Shown: positions 50,282 to 63,081 of the stretch, one piece after another
Numbering within the stretch: the first letter of the stretch is position 1
How the letters are laid out: each line of letters opens with the position of its first letter
NCBI GenBank assembly: GCA_023391095.1
Contig: JAEWBN010000014.1
Location: 70,276-134,275, forward strand
Direction: 5' to 3'
Length of the DNA: 64,000 nt
Origin: Pseudomonadota bacterium
GTDB taxonomy: Bacteria > Pseudomonadota > Alphaproteobacteria > Rhizobiales > Devosiaceae
Notes under the pieces: generated by a model
The model's input: only the letters and a program-made list of their open reading frames with translations
Database searches by the model: none
What the model was told of the DNA's origin: nothing
Position numbers and translations under genes: made by a program

Positions 50282-51373
50282 ATGATGCTCAGAAACCAAG
50301 TGCTCATCTGGATTGGCCTGCTGGTTGTCTTCGTGCTGGCCCTATGGATCTTCCGCGGCATTCTGCTCCCGTTCGTTGTTGGGGCTGCGCTGGCCTATCT
50401 CCTCAACCCGGTCGTCAATCAGCTACAGAAATGGCGGTTCAGCCGGGCAGGCGCGACAAGCCTCGTCCTGATCCTGCTGATGGCCGTCATAATCGGGCTG
50501 TTCTTTGCGCTGGTGCCGGTGATTGGCCAGCAGGTCATCGGCCTTATCCAGCGCGCGCCGAGCCTGTATCGCGATCTGCAAAACTTGGTGAACCAATATT
50601 CGCCCGAAATCAGCGAGTGGCTGGGGCCTGAGCGCGCCGCCGAAGTGGAGCGCGGCATCAATGAGGTCGCGCGCAACCTTCTCGGCTTCATCACGCGTCT
50701 GCCCGCCGAACTCGTCAATATCGGGCTATCGGGCGTGTCCGTGGTGGCGTTCCTCGTTGTTGCGCCCGTGGTGGCTTTCTACCTCCTTCTCGACTGGGAA
50801 GGCATGATCCAGGGCATCTACAATCTTCTGCCCCGGGCACATGAAGATGAGATCAAGGGCATTCTGCGGGATATCGATAAATCAATGGCCGGCGTTATCC
50901 GCGGCCAGGGGTCAGTCCTGCTCCTGGATGCTGCGTTCTATGCGACAGCGCTGTCTTTGATCGGGCTGAATTTCGGGCTGGCTGTCGGCATCATCGGCGG
51001 GCTTCTCAGCTTTATCCCCTTTGTCGGTGCGTTTGTGGGGTTCGGTCTTTCCGTCGGCATCGCGCTCGTGCAGTTCTGGCCCAATATGTGGATGGTTGCG
51101 CTGGTGTGCGGGGTTTTCCTGTTCTGGCAGTTCATCGAAGGCAATGTGCTCTATCCAAAGCTCGTTGGCTCGTCGATCAACATCAACCCCGTGTGGATGA
51201 TGTTCGCGCTGCTGGCCCTCGGCGCCCTTTTTGGTTTCACGGGCCTGCTGCTTGCCGTGCCGATGGCCGCGATCGCCTCGGTGCTGGTGCGGTACGGCGT
51301 TCGCAAATACAAGGCGAGCTCACTCTATCTCGGACCGCAACCCACGACGCCTGATGACCACAACCAGGCCTGA
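50282..51373 (+). CDS. AI-2E family (PerM-like) transporter
   Basis: [22 protein letters not shown] and GLLLAVP motifs. Confidence 0.9.
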   Translation: MMLRNQVLIWIGLLVVFVLALWIFRGILLPFVVGAALAYLLNPVVNQLQKWRFSRAGATSLVLILLMAVIIGLFFALVPVIGQQVIGLIQRAPSLYRDLQNLVNQYSPEISEWLGPERAAEVERGINEVARNLLGFITRLPAELVNIGLSGVSVVAFLVVAPVVAFYLLLDWEGMIQGIYNLLPRAHEDEIKGILRDIDKSMAGVIRGQGSVLLLDAAFYATALSLIGLNFGLAVGIIGGLLSFIPFVGAFVGFGLSVGIALVQFWPNMWMVALVCGVFLFWQFIEGNVLYPKLVGSSININPVWMMFALLALGALFGFTGLLLAVPMAAIASVLVRYGVRKYKASSLYLGPQPTTPDDHNQA

Positions 51374-52085
51374 TCCGATGCCACGGCAATTGCCCCTCGA
51401 TCTGGGCCACCAGCCGTCGCTGGCTGAAGACGATTTTCTCGTCGGCGACGGCAATGAGCTTGCCTATGCGCGGGTTCTTGCCTGGCCGCACTGGCCGGAC
51501 CCTGTCACCGTCATCATCGGGCCGGCGGCATCAGGCAAATCGCATCTCGGGCGCATCTTTGCCGATCACAGCGGTGCTACCGTGGTGACACCAGAGACTA
51601 TTGAAGCAATTGCTGCTCAAAGCGGGCAGGGGCCTTTGCTGATCGAAGATGCGGATCGTTTGGGCTATTCCGAGCACGATCTTTTTCACCTCCTCAACCA
51701 AGCCATGCGCGGCGAGCGCACGCTCCTGATCACCGGTCGGGACGAGGTTGCGATTTGGCCGGTGACCACCAACGATGTGCGCTCACGCCTGCGGCGTGCA
51801 CCTGTATTTCGCCTTGAACAAAGCCGTGACATTGAGTTGTCACATATCTTGGTGAAACTGTTTCAGGATCGGCAGATACGGGTCGATCCGAAGGTGATCG
51901 GCTATCTTGCGCCGCGCATGGAGCGCAGTGCAGAAGAAGCCGCGAACCTCGTAGACATCATGGACAGGCTGGCTCTTGCGAAAGGGTCGGCCATTACCCG
52001 CGCGATCGCAGCCGAGGCTCTCGCCCTCCGGCAAGCGAATGGCATGGACCGCCAGCAGGATTGGGACGCCGAGCAGAATGAATGA
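51354..52085 (+). CDS. hdaA: DnaA regulatory inactivator HdaA
   Basis: Clamp-binding motif [22 protein letters not shown] and DVRSRL; purM-AI-2E-hda-ppk order. Confidence 0.85.
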   Translation: MTTTRPDPMPRQLPLDLGHQPSLAEDDFLVGDGNELAYARVLAWPHWPDPVTVIIGPAASGKSHLGRIFADHSGATVVTPETIEAIAAQSGQGPLLIEDADRLGYSEHDLFHLLNQAMRGERTLLITGRDEVAIWPVTTNDVRSRLRRAPVFRLEQSRDIELSHILVKLFQDRQIRVDPKVIGYLAPRMERSAEEAANLVDIMDRLALAKGSAITRAIAAEALALRQANGMDRQQDWDAEQNE

Positions 52086-54243
52086 CATGAGCGATTTCGG
52101 GGACACGGATAGCACTGGTCCGGATGCGGAAGCACTGCGCACCAGTCCGGCACGTTTCGTCAATCGCGAGGTCAGCTGGCTTCAGTTCAACATGCGCGTC
52201 CTCGAGGAGGCGGGGAATGCGTCCCATCCGCTGCTCGAGCGGCTGCGGTTCGTTTCGATATCCGCGAATAACCTCGACGAATTCTACATGGTGCGTGTCG
52301 CCGGCCTGAAAGGGCAGATTCGCGCCGGCCTCTCCAAGCAAAGCGCAGATGGCCTGTCGCCAGTGGAGCAGCTTGAGGAGATCGCCACTCTTGCCCAGCA
52401 TCTGCAGCTTGAACAGCAGGACCACTGGCAGACACTGCGGGAAGACCTGGTGGCGCAAAATGTCATCATCCATGAAGCCGATGACCTTTCGACCGAGCAA
52501 GTCGCCTACCTGCAGAAACTTTTCCGCGAAGAGATTTTCCCGGTTCTGACGCCCATTGCCGTCGACCCGGCTCATCCGTTCCCGTTCATTCCCAACCTGG
52601 GCCTGGCGCTTGCATTCGAGCTCAAGCGTCCGAGCGGGGACCAGAACCTGACGGCGCTTGTCCGCATCCCTGGCAACCTCGACCGCTTCATAAACCTGCC
52701 CTCGTCTCTGGTTTCAGAGGGGCGCAGCGAGGTTGTGACCATCGATACGCTGGTCAAGCTCTTCTTCCACAAGATGTTTCCTGGGCACGAAGTGGTCGGT
52801 TCCGGGGCGTTCCGAGTCATTCGCGACAGCGAAATCGAAATCGATGACGAAGCGGCCGACCTTGTTGTGGAGTTTGAGAGTGCCTTGCGCCAACGGCGCC
52901 GGGGGCAGGTGATCCGCCTCGAAATCGAGCGCACCATGCCAAGGGCGCTCAAGCGCCAGATCGGCGAGCAGCTTGGTGTGAAGGAAGCGGACGTATTCGA
53001 AGTCCACGGGTTCCTTGGCTTGGCCGATGCGCGGAAGATCTGCGACATCGATCGCCCCGACCTGAAATTCCCGCCCTATCTGGCCCGCTTTCCGGAGCGC
53101 ATTCGGGACTATAACGGCGACAGCTTCGCCGCTATCCGCGCCAAGGATATTCTGGTCCATCATCCGTTCGAGAGTTTCGACGTCGTCGCCCAGTTCCTGA
53201 TGCAGGCCGCTCGCGATCCGGATGTGGTGGCCATCAAGCAAACGCTGTATCGCACGTCTTCCGACAGCCCCATTGTCAAGGCGCTGGTTATGGCGGCGGA
53301 GGCTGGAAAGTCAGTGACTTGCCTTGTCGAGCTCAAGGCCAGGTTTGACGAAGAGGCCAATATTCGTTGGGCACGCGATCTGGAACGGGCAGGGGCCCAG
53401 GTCGTGTTCGGCTTCATTGAGCTCAAGACCCACGCCAAGATGAGCCAGGTGGTTCGGCGCGAGAAGGGCAAGCTGGTCAGCTATTGCCACATCGGCACGG
53501 GCAACTATCACCCGATCACCGCCAAGATTTATACTGACCTGAGCTATTTCACGATTGACCCGGCCATCACCCGGGACGTGGCCAGGGTGTTCAACTTCAT
53601 CACCGGCTACGCCCGGCCGACCGAGCTTGAAACCATTGCGGTCTCGCCGGTCAACCTTCGTCAAACGCTGGTGGACAATATTGCGCGCGAGATCGAACTG
53701 GCGCGCAGCGGACAGCCAGCGTCCATCTTGCTCAAGATGAACTCACTGGTTGATCCACAAGTGATCGATGCCCTCTACGACGCCAGCCAGGCCGGAGTGA
53801 AGGTCGATCTCATCGTGCGCGGCATTTGCTGTCTGCGGTCCGGTATCCCGGGTTTCTCGGACAATATTCGCGTGAAATCGGTGGTCGGCCGCTTCCTCGA
53901 ACATAGCCGCATCTACTGCTTCGGTAATGGCGAAGCCATGCCCTCCAGCCGTGCCAAGGTCTACATTTCTTCCGCAGACCTGATGGGGCGCAACCTCGAC
54001 GGTCGGGTGGAAGTCATGGTGCCTATTCTCAACAAGACCGTGCACAAGCAGATCCTCGATCAGATCATGGTTGCCTATCTCAAGGACAATCAGCAAAGTT
54101 GGGATGTGTTGCCCGATGGAAGCTCCCACCGTGTCCGGCTTGCCGAAGGTGAGGAACCGTTCAACGCGCACGACTATTTCATGACCAACCCGTCGCTCTC
54201 GGGGCGAGGGAGCGCGGGCATGGTTGAGACTGACGAGGGTTAA
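52078..54243 (+). CDS. ppk1: Polyphosphate kinase 1
   Basis: NREVSWL, AHPFP, LKARFDE, KTHAK and RFLEHSR motifs. Confidence 0.96.
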   Translation: MNDMSDFGDTDSTGPDAEALRTSPARFVNREVSWLQFNMRVLEEAGNASHPLLERLRFVSISANNLDEFYMVRVAGLKGQIRAGLSKQSADGLSPVEQLEEIATLAQHLQLEQQDHWQTLREDLVAQNVIIHEADDLSTEQVAYLQKLFREEIFPVLTPIAVDPAHPFPFIPNLGLALAFELKRPSGDQNLTALVRIPGNLDRFINLPSSLVSEGRSEVVTIDTLVKLFFHKMFPGHEVVGSGAFRVIRDSEIEIDDEAADLVVEFESALRQRRRGQVIRLEIERTMPRALKRQIGEQLGVKEADVFEVHGFLGLADARKICDIDRPDLKFPPYLARFPERIRDYNGDSFAAIRAKDILVHHPFESFDVVAQFLMQAARDPDVVAIKQTLYRTSSDSPIVKALVMAAEAGKSVTCLVELKARFDEEANIRWARDLERAGAQVVFGFIELKTHAKMSQVVRREKGKLVSYCHIGTGNYHPITAKIYTDLSYFTIDPAITRDVARVFNFITGYARPTELETIAVSPVNLRQTLVDNIAREIELARSGQPASILLKMNSLVDPQVIDALYDASQAGVKVDLIVRGICCLRSGIPGFSDNIRVKSVVGRFLEHSRIYCFGNGEAMPSSRAKVYISSADLMGRNLDGRVEVMVPILNKTVHKQILDQIMVAYLKDNQQSWDVLPDGSSHRVRLAEGEEPFNAHDYFMTNPSLSGRGSAGMVETDEG

Positions 54244-54245
54244 GC

Positions 54246-55784
54246 TTGGTCAAATTCTGGGGCGTCGACGCCGATCCCACCGCGCAGGGCCGTATAAAGG
54301 GTGCGCGTCCCGTGGCCGTGCTCGATATCGGGTCCAACTCCGTGCGCCTTGTGGTTTATGAGCGCCACGCCCGCGCCTTGACGCCGCTTTATAACGAGAA
54401 GTCCGCTTGCGCCCTCGGCCGCGGCATGGCGCAGACGGGAAGACTGGCTGAAGACAACATGGCCAAGGCGCTTGAAGCGATGAAACGCTTCGCCCTCGTG
54501 GCCAAGATGATGCGTGTCGGCAAGACTGTGGTGCTGGCCACGTCGGCTGTGAGAGACGCGAAAAACCGCGAGGAGTTCGTCTCGCTGGTCGCTGACATCA
54601 TGGAGACGCCGGTGCGTGTCCTGAGTGGCGAGGAAGAGGCGCACTTTGCGGCGCTCGGTGTCTTTGCCGGCATCCCCGGTTTTTCCGGCGTCGTGGGCGA
54701 TCTGGGCGGTGGTAGCCTCGAACTTTCGGCTATCTCGGGCGGCACGGACTATAATGGGCAGTCCTTCGAACTCGGAGTTATCCGGCTTCAGGACGAAGCC
54801 AACGGCCAGCCGCTCCAGGCGGCAAAGCTCGTGCGCGCGAATCTGATCGGTTCGCTCCTGCCCGCCTTTCCCTCGGGCGGGCAGTTCGCCGCGATTGGGG
54901 GCACATGGCGCTCCCTTGCAAAGCTCCATCAGGCGCAGAAGGATTACCCGCTTCACATGGTGCAGGACTATGTGGTGCGAGCCGCAGACATGATCGCGTT
55001 CTGCGACGATATCGTCGCGGCAAATTCCCTGAAGTCGTATCGTGGGTCGGGAAGCGTGAGCAGTTCCCGGCGCGAACTCGTGCCGTTTGGTGCAGCTGTC
55101 CTGTCTGAAGTGCTCAAGGCGGGGCAATTCGAAAGCGTCGTGTTCTCAGCGCTCGGCGTGCGTGAGGGATTCCTCTACGAAATGCTCGATGACCGTGAGA
55201 AGTCCAAGGACCCACTGGTCCAAGGATCCGGGGAACTGTCCGTTCTTCGCTCGCGCTCGCCGGCACATGCTGACGACCTGATCGAGTTTACAAGCCAGTA
55301 TCTTGAGGCCGCCGAACTCATCGAAACGCCCTCCGAGTTGCGCCTGCGCAAGGTTGCGTGCCTATTGTCGGACATTGCCTGGCGCACGCATCCCGACTAT
55401 CGGGCCGCTCAAAGCGTCGACACCATTGCCTATGGTTCGCTCACCGGCATAGACCATCCGGGCCGGGCATTTCTGGCGCAGGTCATGGCAGTGCGCTATG
55501 ATGGCGCCAAGAGCAAGGTTGCTGCGCCGCTGGTCCCCCTGGGATCGACGAACCTTACGACCCGTGCGCGCCTCCTGGGCGCACTTTTCCGCGTGGCCTA
55601 TCCGATGACGGCGGCCATGCCCGGAATTTTGCCAAGGGTTCGTCTACGCGTGAGTGGCAAGGCGCTGGTTTTGCACCTGCCCGCAGACCTTGCCTTTCTT
55701 GGCGGCGACCATCTGCGAAATCGGCTCCGGCAATTTGCCGACATTGCAGGACACAGCGACAGCAGGATCGAAATCGAGCCGTAA
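54246..55784 (+). CDS. ppx: Exopolyphosphatase Ppx/GppA
   Basis: DIGSNSVR, ATSAVR, DLGGGSLE and GVREG motifs. Confidence 0.94.
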   Translation: MVKFWGVDADPTAQGRIKGARPVAVLDIGSNSVRLVVYERHARALTPLYNEKSACALGRGMAQTGRLAEDNMAKALEAMKRFALVAKMMRVGKTVVLATSAVRDAKNREEFVSLVADIMETPVRVLSGEEEAHFAALGVFAGIPGFSGVVGDLGGGSLELSAISGGTDYNGQSFELGVIRLQDEANGQPLQAAKLVRANLIGSLLPAFPSGGQFAAIGGTWRSLAKLHQAQKDYPLHMVQDYVVRAADMIAFCDDIVAANSLKSYRGSGSVSSSRRELVPFGAAVLSEVLKAGQFESVVFSALGVREGFLYEMLDDREKSKDPLVQGSGELSVLRSRSPAHADDLIEFTSQYLEAAELIETPSELRLRKVACLLSDIAWRTHPDYRAAQSVDTIAYGSLTGIDHPGRAFLAQVMAVRYDGAKSKVAAPLVPLGSTNLTTRARLLGALFRVAYPMTAAMPGILPRVRLRVSGKALVLHLPADLAFLGGDHLRNRLRQFADIAGHSDSRIEIEP

Positions 55785-55791
55785 AGCGACG

Positions 55792-56961
55792 TTATTCGGC
55801 CGCTTCCGCTTGATCGATCTTGAACTCGATGACGCCCTTGCGTGTAGCTGCAAGGCCGATGCGGCCATGCTTGATCGCCAGAGCTTTTTCTCCGAATAAC
55901 TTGCGCCGCCAGCCCTTGAGGGCGGGCACGTCCGCCTCATCGTCGAGAACGAGGGCATCGATCTCATCCGATGTCGCTATGATACGCGCCGCAACACCGT
56001 GTTGCTCGGACACGGCTTTCAGGAGTACTCGAACCAAATCACCGACTGCGCCCTTGGGTGATGGCCCGCGGTAGCGCTCCGGCATGGTGGGCAGAGCGGA
56101 TTTGGGCAGCGCTTCCACCTCTTTTAGCAACCCGATGATCTCGGCGGCCGCAGAGCTGCGTCCAAAGCCTCGCGGCACAGCGCGAAGCTTGTCAAAGGCC
56201 TCGGGGCTAAGAGGGCGCTGGGTCGCCAGTTCCCCCAGGACGTCGTCCTTGAGAATGCGGCTGCGCGGCTGGTCAGTATCCTGCGCCCTCTGCTCACGCC
56301 AGCGAGCCAGGACCTTCAACGCCGCCAAATCCCTTGGACGGTTCAGCTTCATCTTGAGCCGTTCCCAGGCCTGCTCGGGCTGCACCACATAAGTGTCGAC
56401 GCTGCGCAAGGTGGTTAGTTCGTCCTCCACCCAATCCCAGCGGCGCGTCGCCTCCACCTGGCTCCTGAGTTCGCGATAGATATCGCGCAGATAGGTGACA
56501 TCCGCGAGGGCGTAGACCCGCTGCTTTTCGCTCAGCGGACGGGCGGACCAATCGGTGAAGCGCGATGACTTATCGAGCTCAACTTTGCAAATGGCGCGCA
56601 CAAGGCTGTCATATGAGGCGCTGTCGCCAAAGCCGCAAACGCTCGCAGCGATTTGTGTATCGAAGATATTGTGCGGCACCGCGCCGGTCAGCTTGACGAA
56701 AATCTCGATGTCTTGGCGAGCCGCATGGAATACCTTCGTGACGTTCGGGTTCGCCAGAAGTGCAAAAAAGGGCGCCAGTTTGATTTCTGGAGCGAGCGGG
56801 TCGATCAGGACCGCTTCGTCATCCGTCGCGACCTGAATCAGGCATAGGCGCGGCCAATACGTTGTCTCGCGCAGGAACTCGGTATCGACCGTAACAAATT
56901 CAAACTGTGCAGCCCGTTCGCAGAACTCTGCGAGCGCATCTGTGGAAACTATCGGGTCCAT
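55792..56961 (-). CDS. rnd: Ribonuclease D
   Basis: DTEFLRETTY, HAARQD, DTQ, DWSARPL and YALADV motifs. Confidence 0.95.
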   Translation of the reverse strand: MDPIVSTDALAEFCERAAQFEFVTVDTEFLRETTYWPRLCLIQVATDDEAVLIDPLAPEIKLAPFFALLANPNVTKVFHAARQDIEIFVKLTGAVPHNIFDTQIAASVCGFGDSASYDSLVRAICKVELDKSSRFTDWSARPLSEKQRVYALADVTYLRDIYRELRSQVEATRRWDWVEDELTTLRSVDTYVVQPEQAWERLKMKLNRPRDLAALKVLARWREQRAQDTDQPRSRILKDDVLGELATQRPLSPEAFDKLRAVPRGFGRSSAAAEIIGLLKEVEALPKSALPTMPERYRGPSPKGAVGDLVRVLLKAVSEQHGVAARIIATSDEIDALVLDDEADVPALKGWRRKLFGEKALAIKHGRIGLAATRKGVIEFKIDQAEAAE

Positions 56962-57148
56962 ACCGGCTTCCGTCCAAAAAAAGTCATCATCGTTCCTAGC
57001 AGGTGTCGCAGGAATGCTCCACCGCCGATTTTCCTTGCAGTAAACCGGTGAATGCCGATAGGACCCGCCGCTTGACAAGCGGGGTGTGCCATGCGCTTTT
57101 CCCGCCCAAGATTTCGGTCTTTTTTCCTTGCAAACCCTGAGTATCGAC

Positions 57149-58939
57149 ATGACCATACATCGCTATCGCACCCACACCTGTGGCGCCCTCACGGCAGGCG
57201 ATGCGGGCAATAATGTCCGACTCAGCGGCTGGGTACACCGCGTGCGCGACCATGGCGGGTTGCTGTTCATCGATCTGCGCGACCATTACGGCATGACACA
57301 ATGCGTGGTGGACCCGGATTCGCCCGCGTTCGCAGCCGTTGAAAAAGTCCGCTCCGAGTGGGTCATCCGCATCGACGGCGATGTGAAGTTGCGCGACGCG
57401 GCTGCCGTGAACCCCAACCTGCCGACAGGCCAGGTGGAGGTGTTCATTCGCGAAATCGAGGTTCTTTCTGTCGCCAAGGAACTTCCGCTACCGGTGTTCG
57501 GTGATCAGGACTACCCCGAAGATATCCGCCTGCGGTATCGCTTCCTGGATCTGCGTCGCGAGAAGCTGCATAACAACATCGTCAAGCGCACCAAGATCAT
57601 CTCGTCCATGCGCGCTGGCATGGGGGAGGCGGGCTTTACGGAGTTTTCGACACCCATCCTGACCGCCTCGTCGCCAGAAGGCGCCCGCGACTTCCTCGTG
57701 CCGAGCCGTATCCACCCCGGCAAGTTCTTCGCACTTCCGCAGGCGCCGCAGCAGTATAAGCAGCTCCTGATGGTGGCCGGTTTCGACCGCTACTTCCAGG
57801 TCGCACCATGCTTCCGTGATGAAGACCCACGCGCTGATCGTCTTCCCGGCGAGTTTTACCAGCTCGACCTTGAGATGAGCTTTGTCACGCAGGAAGATGT
57901 CTGGAACACCGTTGAGCCGGTCATCACCGAGGTTTTCGAGAAATTCGCGGATGGCAAGCGGGTAACCAAGGGCTGGCCGCGCATTCCATATGACACGGCC
58001 ATCCGCAAGTATGGCTCGGATAAGCCCGACCTGCGCAACCCGATCGAAATCCAGGCCGTTACCGAGCACTTTGCCGGTTCTGGCTTCAAGGTCTTCGCAA
58101 ATCAGATCGAAGCGGACCCGAAGGTGGAAGTTTGGGCAATCCCGGCCAAGAACAGGGCCGGCGCCGAGCCTATCGGCCGTGCATTCTGCGATCGCATGAA
58201 TGCGTGGGCCCAGGGTGAGGGTCAGCCCGGACTGGGCTACGTCTTCTTCAAGGATGGCGCCGGCTCGGGCCCGATCGCCAAGAATATCGGCGAAGAGCGG
58301 ACCGCAGCACTCAAGACGCAACTGGGTCTTGATGACGGCGACGCAGTGTTCTTTGTGGCTGGCCGTCCAGAGAAATTCTACAAGTTCGCGGGCGAGGCAC
58401 GCACCAAGGTTGGCACCGATCTTGGCGTGGTGGATACCGAGCAGTTTGCGCTGTGCTGGATCGTTGACTTCCCGTTCTACGAGTGGAGCGAGGAAGAAAA
58501 GCGTCTCGACTTCGCACACAACCCGTTCTCGATGCCGCAGGGCGGTCTCGAAGGCCTGAACGGATCCGATCCGTTGTCGCTCAAGGCCTACCAGTATGAC
58601 GCCGTGTGCAATGGCTACGAAATCGCCTCCGGTTCGATCCGTAACCAGGAGCCGGAAACCATGGTCAAGGCGTTCGAACTCACCGGAAAATCGCGTCAGG
58701 AAGTGGAGGAGCAGTTTGGCGGGCTCTATCGGGCATTCCAGTATGGCGCTCCGCCGCATGGTGGTGCCGCTTTCGGCATCGACCGCATAGTCATGCTGTT
58801 GTGCGGCGTGCAGAACCTGCGTGAAATCACGGCCTTCCCGATGAACCAGCAGGCGGAAGACCTACTGATGGGCGCGCCGAGCCCGGCAGATAATAAGCAA
58901 CTGCGCGAACTGAGCATTCGGCTTAACGTTCAGAGCTGA
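57149..58939 (+). CDS. aspS: Aspartate--tRNA ligase (probably non-discriminating)
   Basis: RDHGG, PEGARDF, CFRDED and [12 protein letters not shown] motifs. Confidence 0.97.
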   Translation: MTIHRYRTHTCGALTAGDAGNNVRLSGWVHRVRDHGGLLFIDLRDHYGMTQCVVDPDSPAFAAVEKVRSEWVIRIDGDVKLRDAAAVNPNLPTGQVEVFIREIEVLSVAKELPLPVFGDQDYPEDIRLRYRFLDLRREKLHNNIVKRTKIISSMRAGMGEAGFTEFSTPILTASSPEGARDFLVPSRIHPGKFFALPQAPQQYKQLLMVAGFDRYFQVAPCFRDEDPRADRLPGEFYQLDLEMSFVTQEDVWNTVEPVITEVFEKFADGKRVTKGWPRIPYDTAIRKYGSDKPDLRNPIEIQAVTEHFAGSGFKVFANQIEADPKVEVWAIPAKNRAGAEPIGRAFCDRMNAWAQGEGQPGLGYVFFKDGAGSGPIAKNIGEERTAALKTQLGLDDGDAVFFVAGRPEKFYKFAGEARTKVGTDLGVVDTEQFALCWIVDFPFYEWSEEEKRLDFAHNPFSMPQGGLEGLNGSDPLSLKAYQYDAVCNGYEIASGSIRNQEPETMVKAFELTGKSRQEVEEQFGGLYRAFQYGAPPHGGAAFGIDRIVMLLCGVQNLREITAFPMNQQAEDLLMGAPSPADNKQLRELSIRLNVQS

Positions 58940-58951
58940 GCATTTCCCTCC

Positions 58952-58989
58952 AATCCTCAGGGGGCTGCAAGGATCGCCTCCTGAGGATT
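58952..58989 (+). terminator. Hairpin after aspS
   Basis: AATCCTCAGGGGGC...GCCTCCTGAGGATT. Confidence 0.6.
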
Positions 58990-59015
58990 TGCGTGCTCCG
59001 TCAAATTAATCAGCG

Positions 59016-59030
59016 TTAATGCTCCGTTAA
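59016..59030 (+). promoter_or_regulatory. CtrA box
   Basis: Exact TTAA-TGCTCCG-TTAA, with an extra TTAA at 59006. Confidence 0.72.
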
Positions 59031-59066
59031 AGGCTGAATTGGTATCGCAGTGGTTCAGACCACGCG

Positions 59067-60695
59067 ATGCGGATTCGGCATGTGAGAGCCAGACTGCCCC
59101 ATGTCCTGATGCTGATTGGTGCAATATTGTCCTTTGCACCGATAGTGGCGGTCGACCATCTGCTGGATGCCTATGTGCGCTATCGGGAAAAAGCTGTTTC
59201 CCAAGAGTTCGTTACGGCCATAGGCTCGCAAATCAATGCAGCTGCACTAGACGGCGTCAGCGCGCTGCGACAGGTGGTGGCCGATAGTCCATCGCTTTGC
59301 ACGCCAACCTTTGTCACGCTCGCCCAGGACGCTATCGAGCGCAGCATAAACCTCAAGCAATTCCTGGTCGAAAATTTCGACGGAGTACAATATTGTGATG
59401 CCTTTGGCCGGGCTGTTGGCTATTCGCCGCTCTCCGAGCCGCAGCCGGTTCCGGGCCTGACGGAAACCATCTCCGTGGTAAAGCTGGGCGACATGCCCAT
59501 GCCGGCGCTCAAGATCACCCAGACACTGGGTGAAACCCGCCGCATTTCAACCTTTGTGCCGTTGCTTGGACAGTCTGAGACCGCGCTTCTGGCATCAATA
59601 CGGAGTTCCGGCTTTCTGCGCGTCACGCTGACCAGCGGCCTCAACATTCTGACGGTGGGCGACGCAGGCCAGTTTGACCTCCGGGCAAATTCTGCCAATT
59701 ACGTCGGCGCCTTTGGTTTTGCGGGCCAGCTTCCGATCCGAGTGGAATATGCGGCGCCATTTGCCATGGTCCGCGCAGGCTATGCCGATCTCAACGTTGC
59801 CTTCACGGTCATCGCGTGCATTGCAAGCGCCGTCATGCTGCTGTTCATCCTCAATTCGGTTCGCCAGACCCGCGTGCCATCCTTTGACCTCGAACGCGCG
59901 ATCGGGCGAAACGAAATCAAGCCGTATTACCAGCCGGTCATAAACCTGCGTACGGGAAGCCTTGTCGGATGCGAGGTGCTTTGCCGGTGGGAAAAGCCGA
60001 ACGGGCAGGTGGTTCCGCCAGGGGCATTCATCGACTATGCGGAAGCCAGCGGGTTGGCCATTCCGATGACCCTGTCGCTTATGCAGCAAGTCAAGAACGA
60101 CCTCGGTGATTTGTGCCGGACGATGCCGGAACTCAAAATCTCCATCAACCTCTTTGAGGGTCACTTCCGCGACGGCGGCATTGTCGACGATGTGCAGGCA
60201 ATTTTCGGGGACTCGCCCATTCAATATGGGCAGTTGGTGTTTGAGATTACCGAGCGCCAACCCCTGGCCAATAATCTGGCCACAACAAACGTCATTTCAG
60301 GCCTGCATGCCCTGGGCGCGCGGCTGGCTATGGATGATGCCGGGACAGGCCATTCCAACCTGGCCTATCTCGCCACCCTCGGCTTTGATGTGATCAAAAT
60401 CGACCGGGTGTTCGTCGACATGATCAAACCTGGCACGACGCACGTGCCAGTGCTGGACGGGCTCATCGCGATGGCCATGGATCTTGATTGCGAGATCGTT
60501 GCGGAGGGCGTGGAAACCGAGGAGCAGGCAATCTATCTCCGGTCCCGTGGCGTGATCCAGGCACAGGGCTATATTTTTGCTCCAGCGCTACGCGTGGCGG
60601 CGTTCAAGGAGCTGGCGCTTGCCCTTCACGCGGCAACCGAGCCTCGTGCGCCAAGACTGAATACCGATGGTGAGGGCGTTGCCACGGCGGCCTGA
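59067..60695 (+). CDS. Membrane-anchored EAL-domain c-di-GMP phosphodiesterase
   Basis: Two TMs, YYQP, EVLCRW, FEITE, MDDAGTG, IKID, VAEGVET and QGY motifs. Confidence 0.9.
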   Translation: MRIRHVRARLPHVLMLIGAILSFAPIVAVDHLLDAYVRYREKAVSQEFVTAIGSQINAAALDGVSALRQVVADSPSLCTPTFVTLAQDAIERSINLKQFLVENFDGVQYCDAFGRAVGYSPLSEPQPVPGLTETISVVKLGDMPMPALKITQTLGETRRISTFVPLLGQSETALLASIRSSGFLRVTLTSGLNILTVGDAGQFDLRANSANYVGAFGFAGQLPIRVEYAAPFAMVRAGYADLNVAFTVIACIASAVMLLFILNSVRQTRVPSFDLERAIGRNEIKPYYQPVINLRTGSLVGCEVLCRWEKPNGQVVPPGAFIDYAEASGLAIPMTLSLMQQVKNDLGDLCRTMPELKISINLFEGHFRDGGIVDDVQAIFGDSPIQYGQLVFEITERQPLANNLATTNVISGLHALGARLAMDDAGTGHSNLAYLATLGFDVIKIDRVFVDMIKPGTTHVPVLDGLIAMAMDLDCEIVAEGVETEEQAIYLRSRGVIQAQGYIFAPALRVAAFKELALALHAATEPRAPRLNTDGEGVATAA

Positions 60696-60795
60696 GGCCG
60701 ATAAATCGAGCCTCGCCAAACCTGAATGGGTATCGGCCCTTTTCTTCCGCGGCGTTTGATGGCACCAACACGGCCAACTGGCCGGGAGAGTAGGC

Positions 60796-63081
60796 GTGTC
60801 CACTGAACTAAACGAACAGCGCAAGGCATTGCGGGACGCCGCACTGCATTTTCATGAGTTTCCGAAGCCTGGGAAACTAGAGATTCAGCCGCTCAAGCCG
60901 CTGGGTAATCAGCGCGACCTTGCCTTGGCCTATTCCCCGGGCGTGGCTGCGCCTTGCGAAGAAATTGCTGCCAATCCTGAGTCGGTTGCTCGCTACACCT
61001 CCCGCCAGAACCTGGTGGCGGTCATTTCAAATGGTACGGCGGTGCTCGGCCTCGGGAATATCGGCGCGCTGGCCAGCAAGCCCGTCATGGAAGGCAAGGC
61101 CGTCCTCTTCAAGAAGTTTGCCGGGATCGATGTCTTTGACCTCGAGATCGACGAGCTGAACCCGCAGAAGTTCATCGATGCGGTTGCGCCGCTCTGGCCC
61201 ACTTTCGGCGGTATCAACCTGGAAGACATCCGCGCTCCCGACTGCTTCGAGATCGAGGAAGCGCTGCGCGAGCGCATGCCGATACCGGTCTTCCACGACG
61301 ATCAGCATGGCACAGCCATCATTGTTGGCGCGGCAATCCTGAACGGACTGGAGCTTTCCGGCAAGCGAATCGAAGACGTCAAGATCTGCACCTCGGGTGC
61401 TGGCGCGGCTGCAATCGCGTGCCTCAACGTGCTGGTTGCGCTCGGCGCCAAGCACGAAAATATTTGGGTCGCCGACAAGGATGGCCTGGTTACGCACAAG
61501 CGCAACGACGTCAATGACAAGTGGCGCGGACAATTTCGGCGCGTGAGCGAGGCCACGACCCTCGCCGAAGTCATCGAGGGCGCGGATGTTTTCCTGGGAC
61601 TGTCCGCTGCAGGCGCGCTGACACCTGAGATGCTGACCAAGATGGCGCCCAAGCCGTTGATCCTTGCTTTGGCGAATCCCAACCCGGAAATTCTGCCTGA
61701 GCTGGCCAAGGAGACCCGGCCAGATGCCATGGTGTGCACCGGACGTTCGGACTACCCGAACCAGGTCAATAACGTCCTGTGCTTCCCCTTCATCTTCCGC
61801 GGAGCGCTGGACGTTCACGCGACAACAATCAACGAGGAAATGAAGCTGGCGGCCGTTCGCGCAATAGCGAAGCTGGCGCATGAGCCTGGACTAGAAGTGT
61901 CGCCGTCCGGCGCGCCGGCGGTGTACGGCCCGGAACACATCATTCCAAATCCCTTCGATCAGCGGCTGATTCTGCGTATCGCGCCGGCCGTGGCGCGTGC
62001 TGCTATGGAATCGGGCGTCGCTAAGATGCCGATCGAGGACTGGAACGCCTATCTCGATAGCCTTAACCGTTTCGTTTTCCGGTCCGGGCTCGTGATGAAG
62101 CCGATCATTGACCGGGCAAGGGGGCAGGGCAAGCGGGTGGCCTTTGCCGATGGTGAAGATGAGCGGGTGCTGCGCGCCGCCCAGGTCTTGCTTGAAGAAG
62201 GCATTGCCCGACCCATCCTGATTGGTCGTCCGGCGGTGCTGGAAGCGCGCATCGACCGCTTTGGTCTTTCGATCCGGCCCGGTACCGACTTCGAAGTGAT
62301 CAACCCCGAGGACGATCCGCGTTACCGCGACTACGTCGCTACTTTCCACTCGCTCGTCGGTCGCGACGGCGTCACCCCCGATACGGCCCGAACAATCGTG
62401 CGCACCAACACCACAGTCATTGGGGCGCTAGCCGTAAAGCGCGGCGAGGCGGACGCCATGCTGTGCGGTCTTCAGGGCCGGTTCATCAAGCATGCGCGGG
62501 ATATCGGTTCGGTGATCGGATTGCAGCCGGGGCTCAAGACCGTATCGGCCCTGTCGATGCTGATCATGCCGCGTGGCGCGTTCTTCCTCACCGATACCTA
62601 TGTGAACCAGAACCCCAATGCAGAAGAGATTGTCGCTATTGCCCTACAGGCGCGCGACCACCTGAAGCGCTTCAACATCGAGGCGCGGGCAGCCCTGCTG
62701 AGTTATTCCAACTTCGGTTCTCGGGATGGAGACAGCGCCTACAAGATGCGCGAGGTCTACAAGATGCTCCAGCGTGTCGCCCCGGACTTTATCGTTGAGG
62801 GGGAGATGCAGGGTGATCTGGCCCTCAGCCAGACACTGCGCGAGCGTTACATTCCCGACTCAGTGCTCAAGGGTGAAGCTAACCTCCTGATCTTCCCGGA
62901 TCTGGATGCGGCAAACCTTTCCGCAACGCTGCTCAAGGAAATGACCAACGCACTCGCTGTTGGCCCTATCCTCATGGGCACGAATGCACCAGCACATATC
63001 CTTGCGCCCTCCGTCACCAGCCGAGGTATCGTCAACATGGCTGCCATTGCCGCCAACGAAGCCGTGGGTACCGTCGCATGA
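60796..63081 (+). CDS. maeB: NADP-dependent malic enzyme with PTA-like domain
   Basis: [14 protein letters not shown] and NQVNN motifs; C-terminal PTA domain. Confidence 0.96.
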   Translation: MSTELNEQRKALRDAALHFHEFPKPGKLEIQPLKPLGNQRDLALAYSPGVAAPCEEIAANPESVARYTSRQNLVAVISNGTAVLGLGNIGALASKPVMEGKAVLFKKFAGIDVFDLEIDELNPQKFIDAVAPLWPTFGGINLEDIRAPDCFEIEEALRERMPIPVFHDDQHGTAIIVGAAILNGLELSGKRIEDVKICTSGAGAAAIACLNVLVALGAKHENIWVADKDGLVTHKRNDVNDKWRGQFRRVSEATTLAEVIEGADVFLGLSAAGALTPEMLTKMAPKPLILALANPNPEILPELAKETRPDAMVCTGRSDYPNQVNNVLCFPFIFRGALDVHATTINEEMKLAAVRAIAKLAHEPGLEVSPSGAPAVYGPEHIIPNPFDQRLILRIAPAVARAAMESGVAKMPIEDWNAYLDSLNRFVFRSGLVMKPIIDRARGQGKRVAFADGEDERVLRAAQVLLEEGIARPILIGRPAVLEARIDRFGLSIRPGTDFEVINPEDDPRYRDYVATFHSLVGRDGVTPDTARTIVRTNTTVIGALAVKRGEADAMLCGLQGRFIKHARDIGSVIGLQPGLKTVSALSMLIMPRGAFFLTDTYVNQNPNAEEIVAIALQARDHLKRFNIEARAALLSYSNFGSRDGDSAYKMREVYKMLQRVAPDFIVEGEMQGDLALSQTLRERYIPDSVLKGEANLLIFPDLDAANLSATLLKEMTNALAVGPILMGTNAPAHILAPSVTSRGIVNMAAIAANEAVGTVA

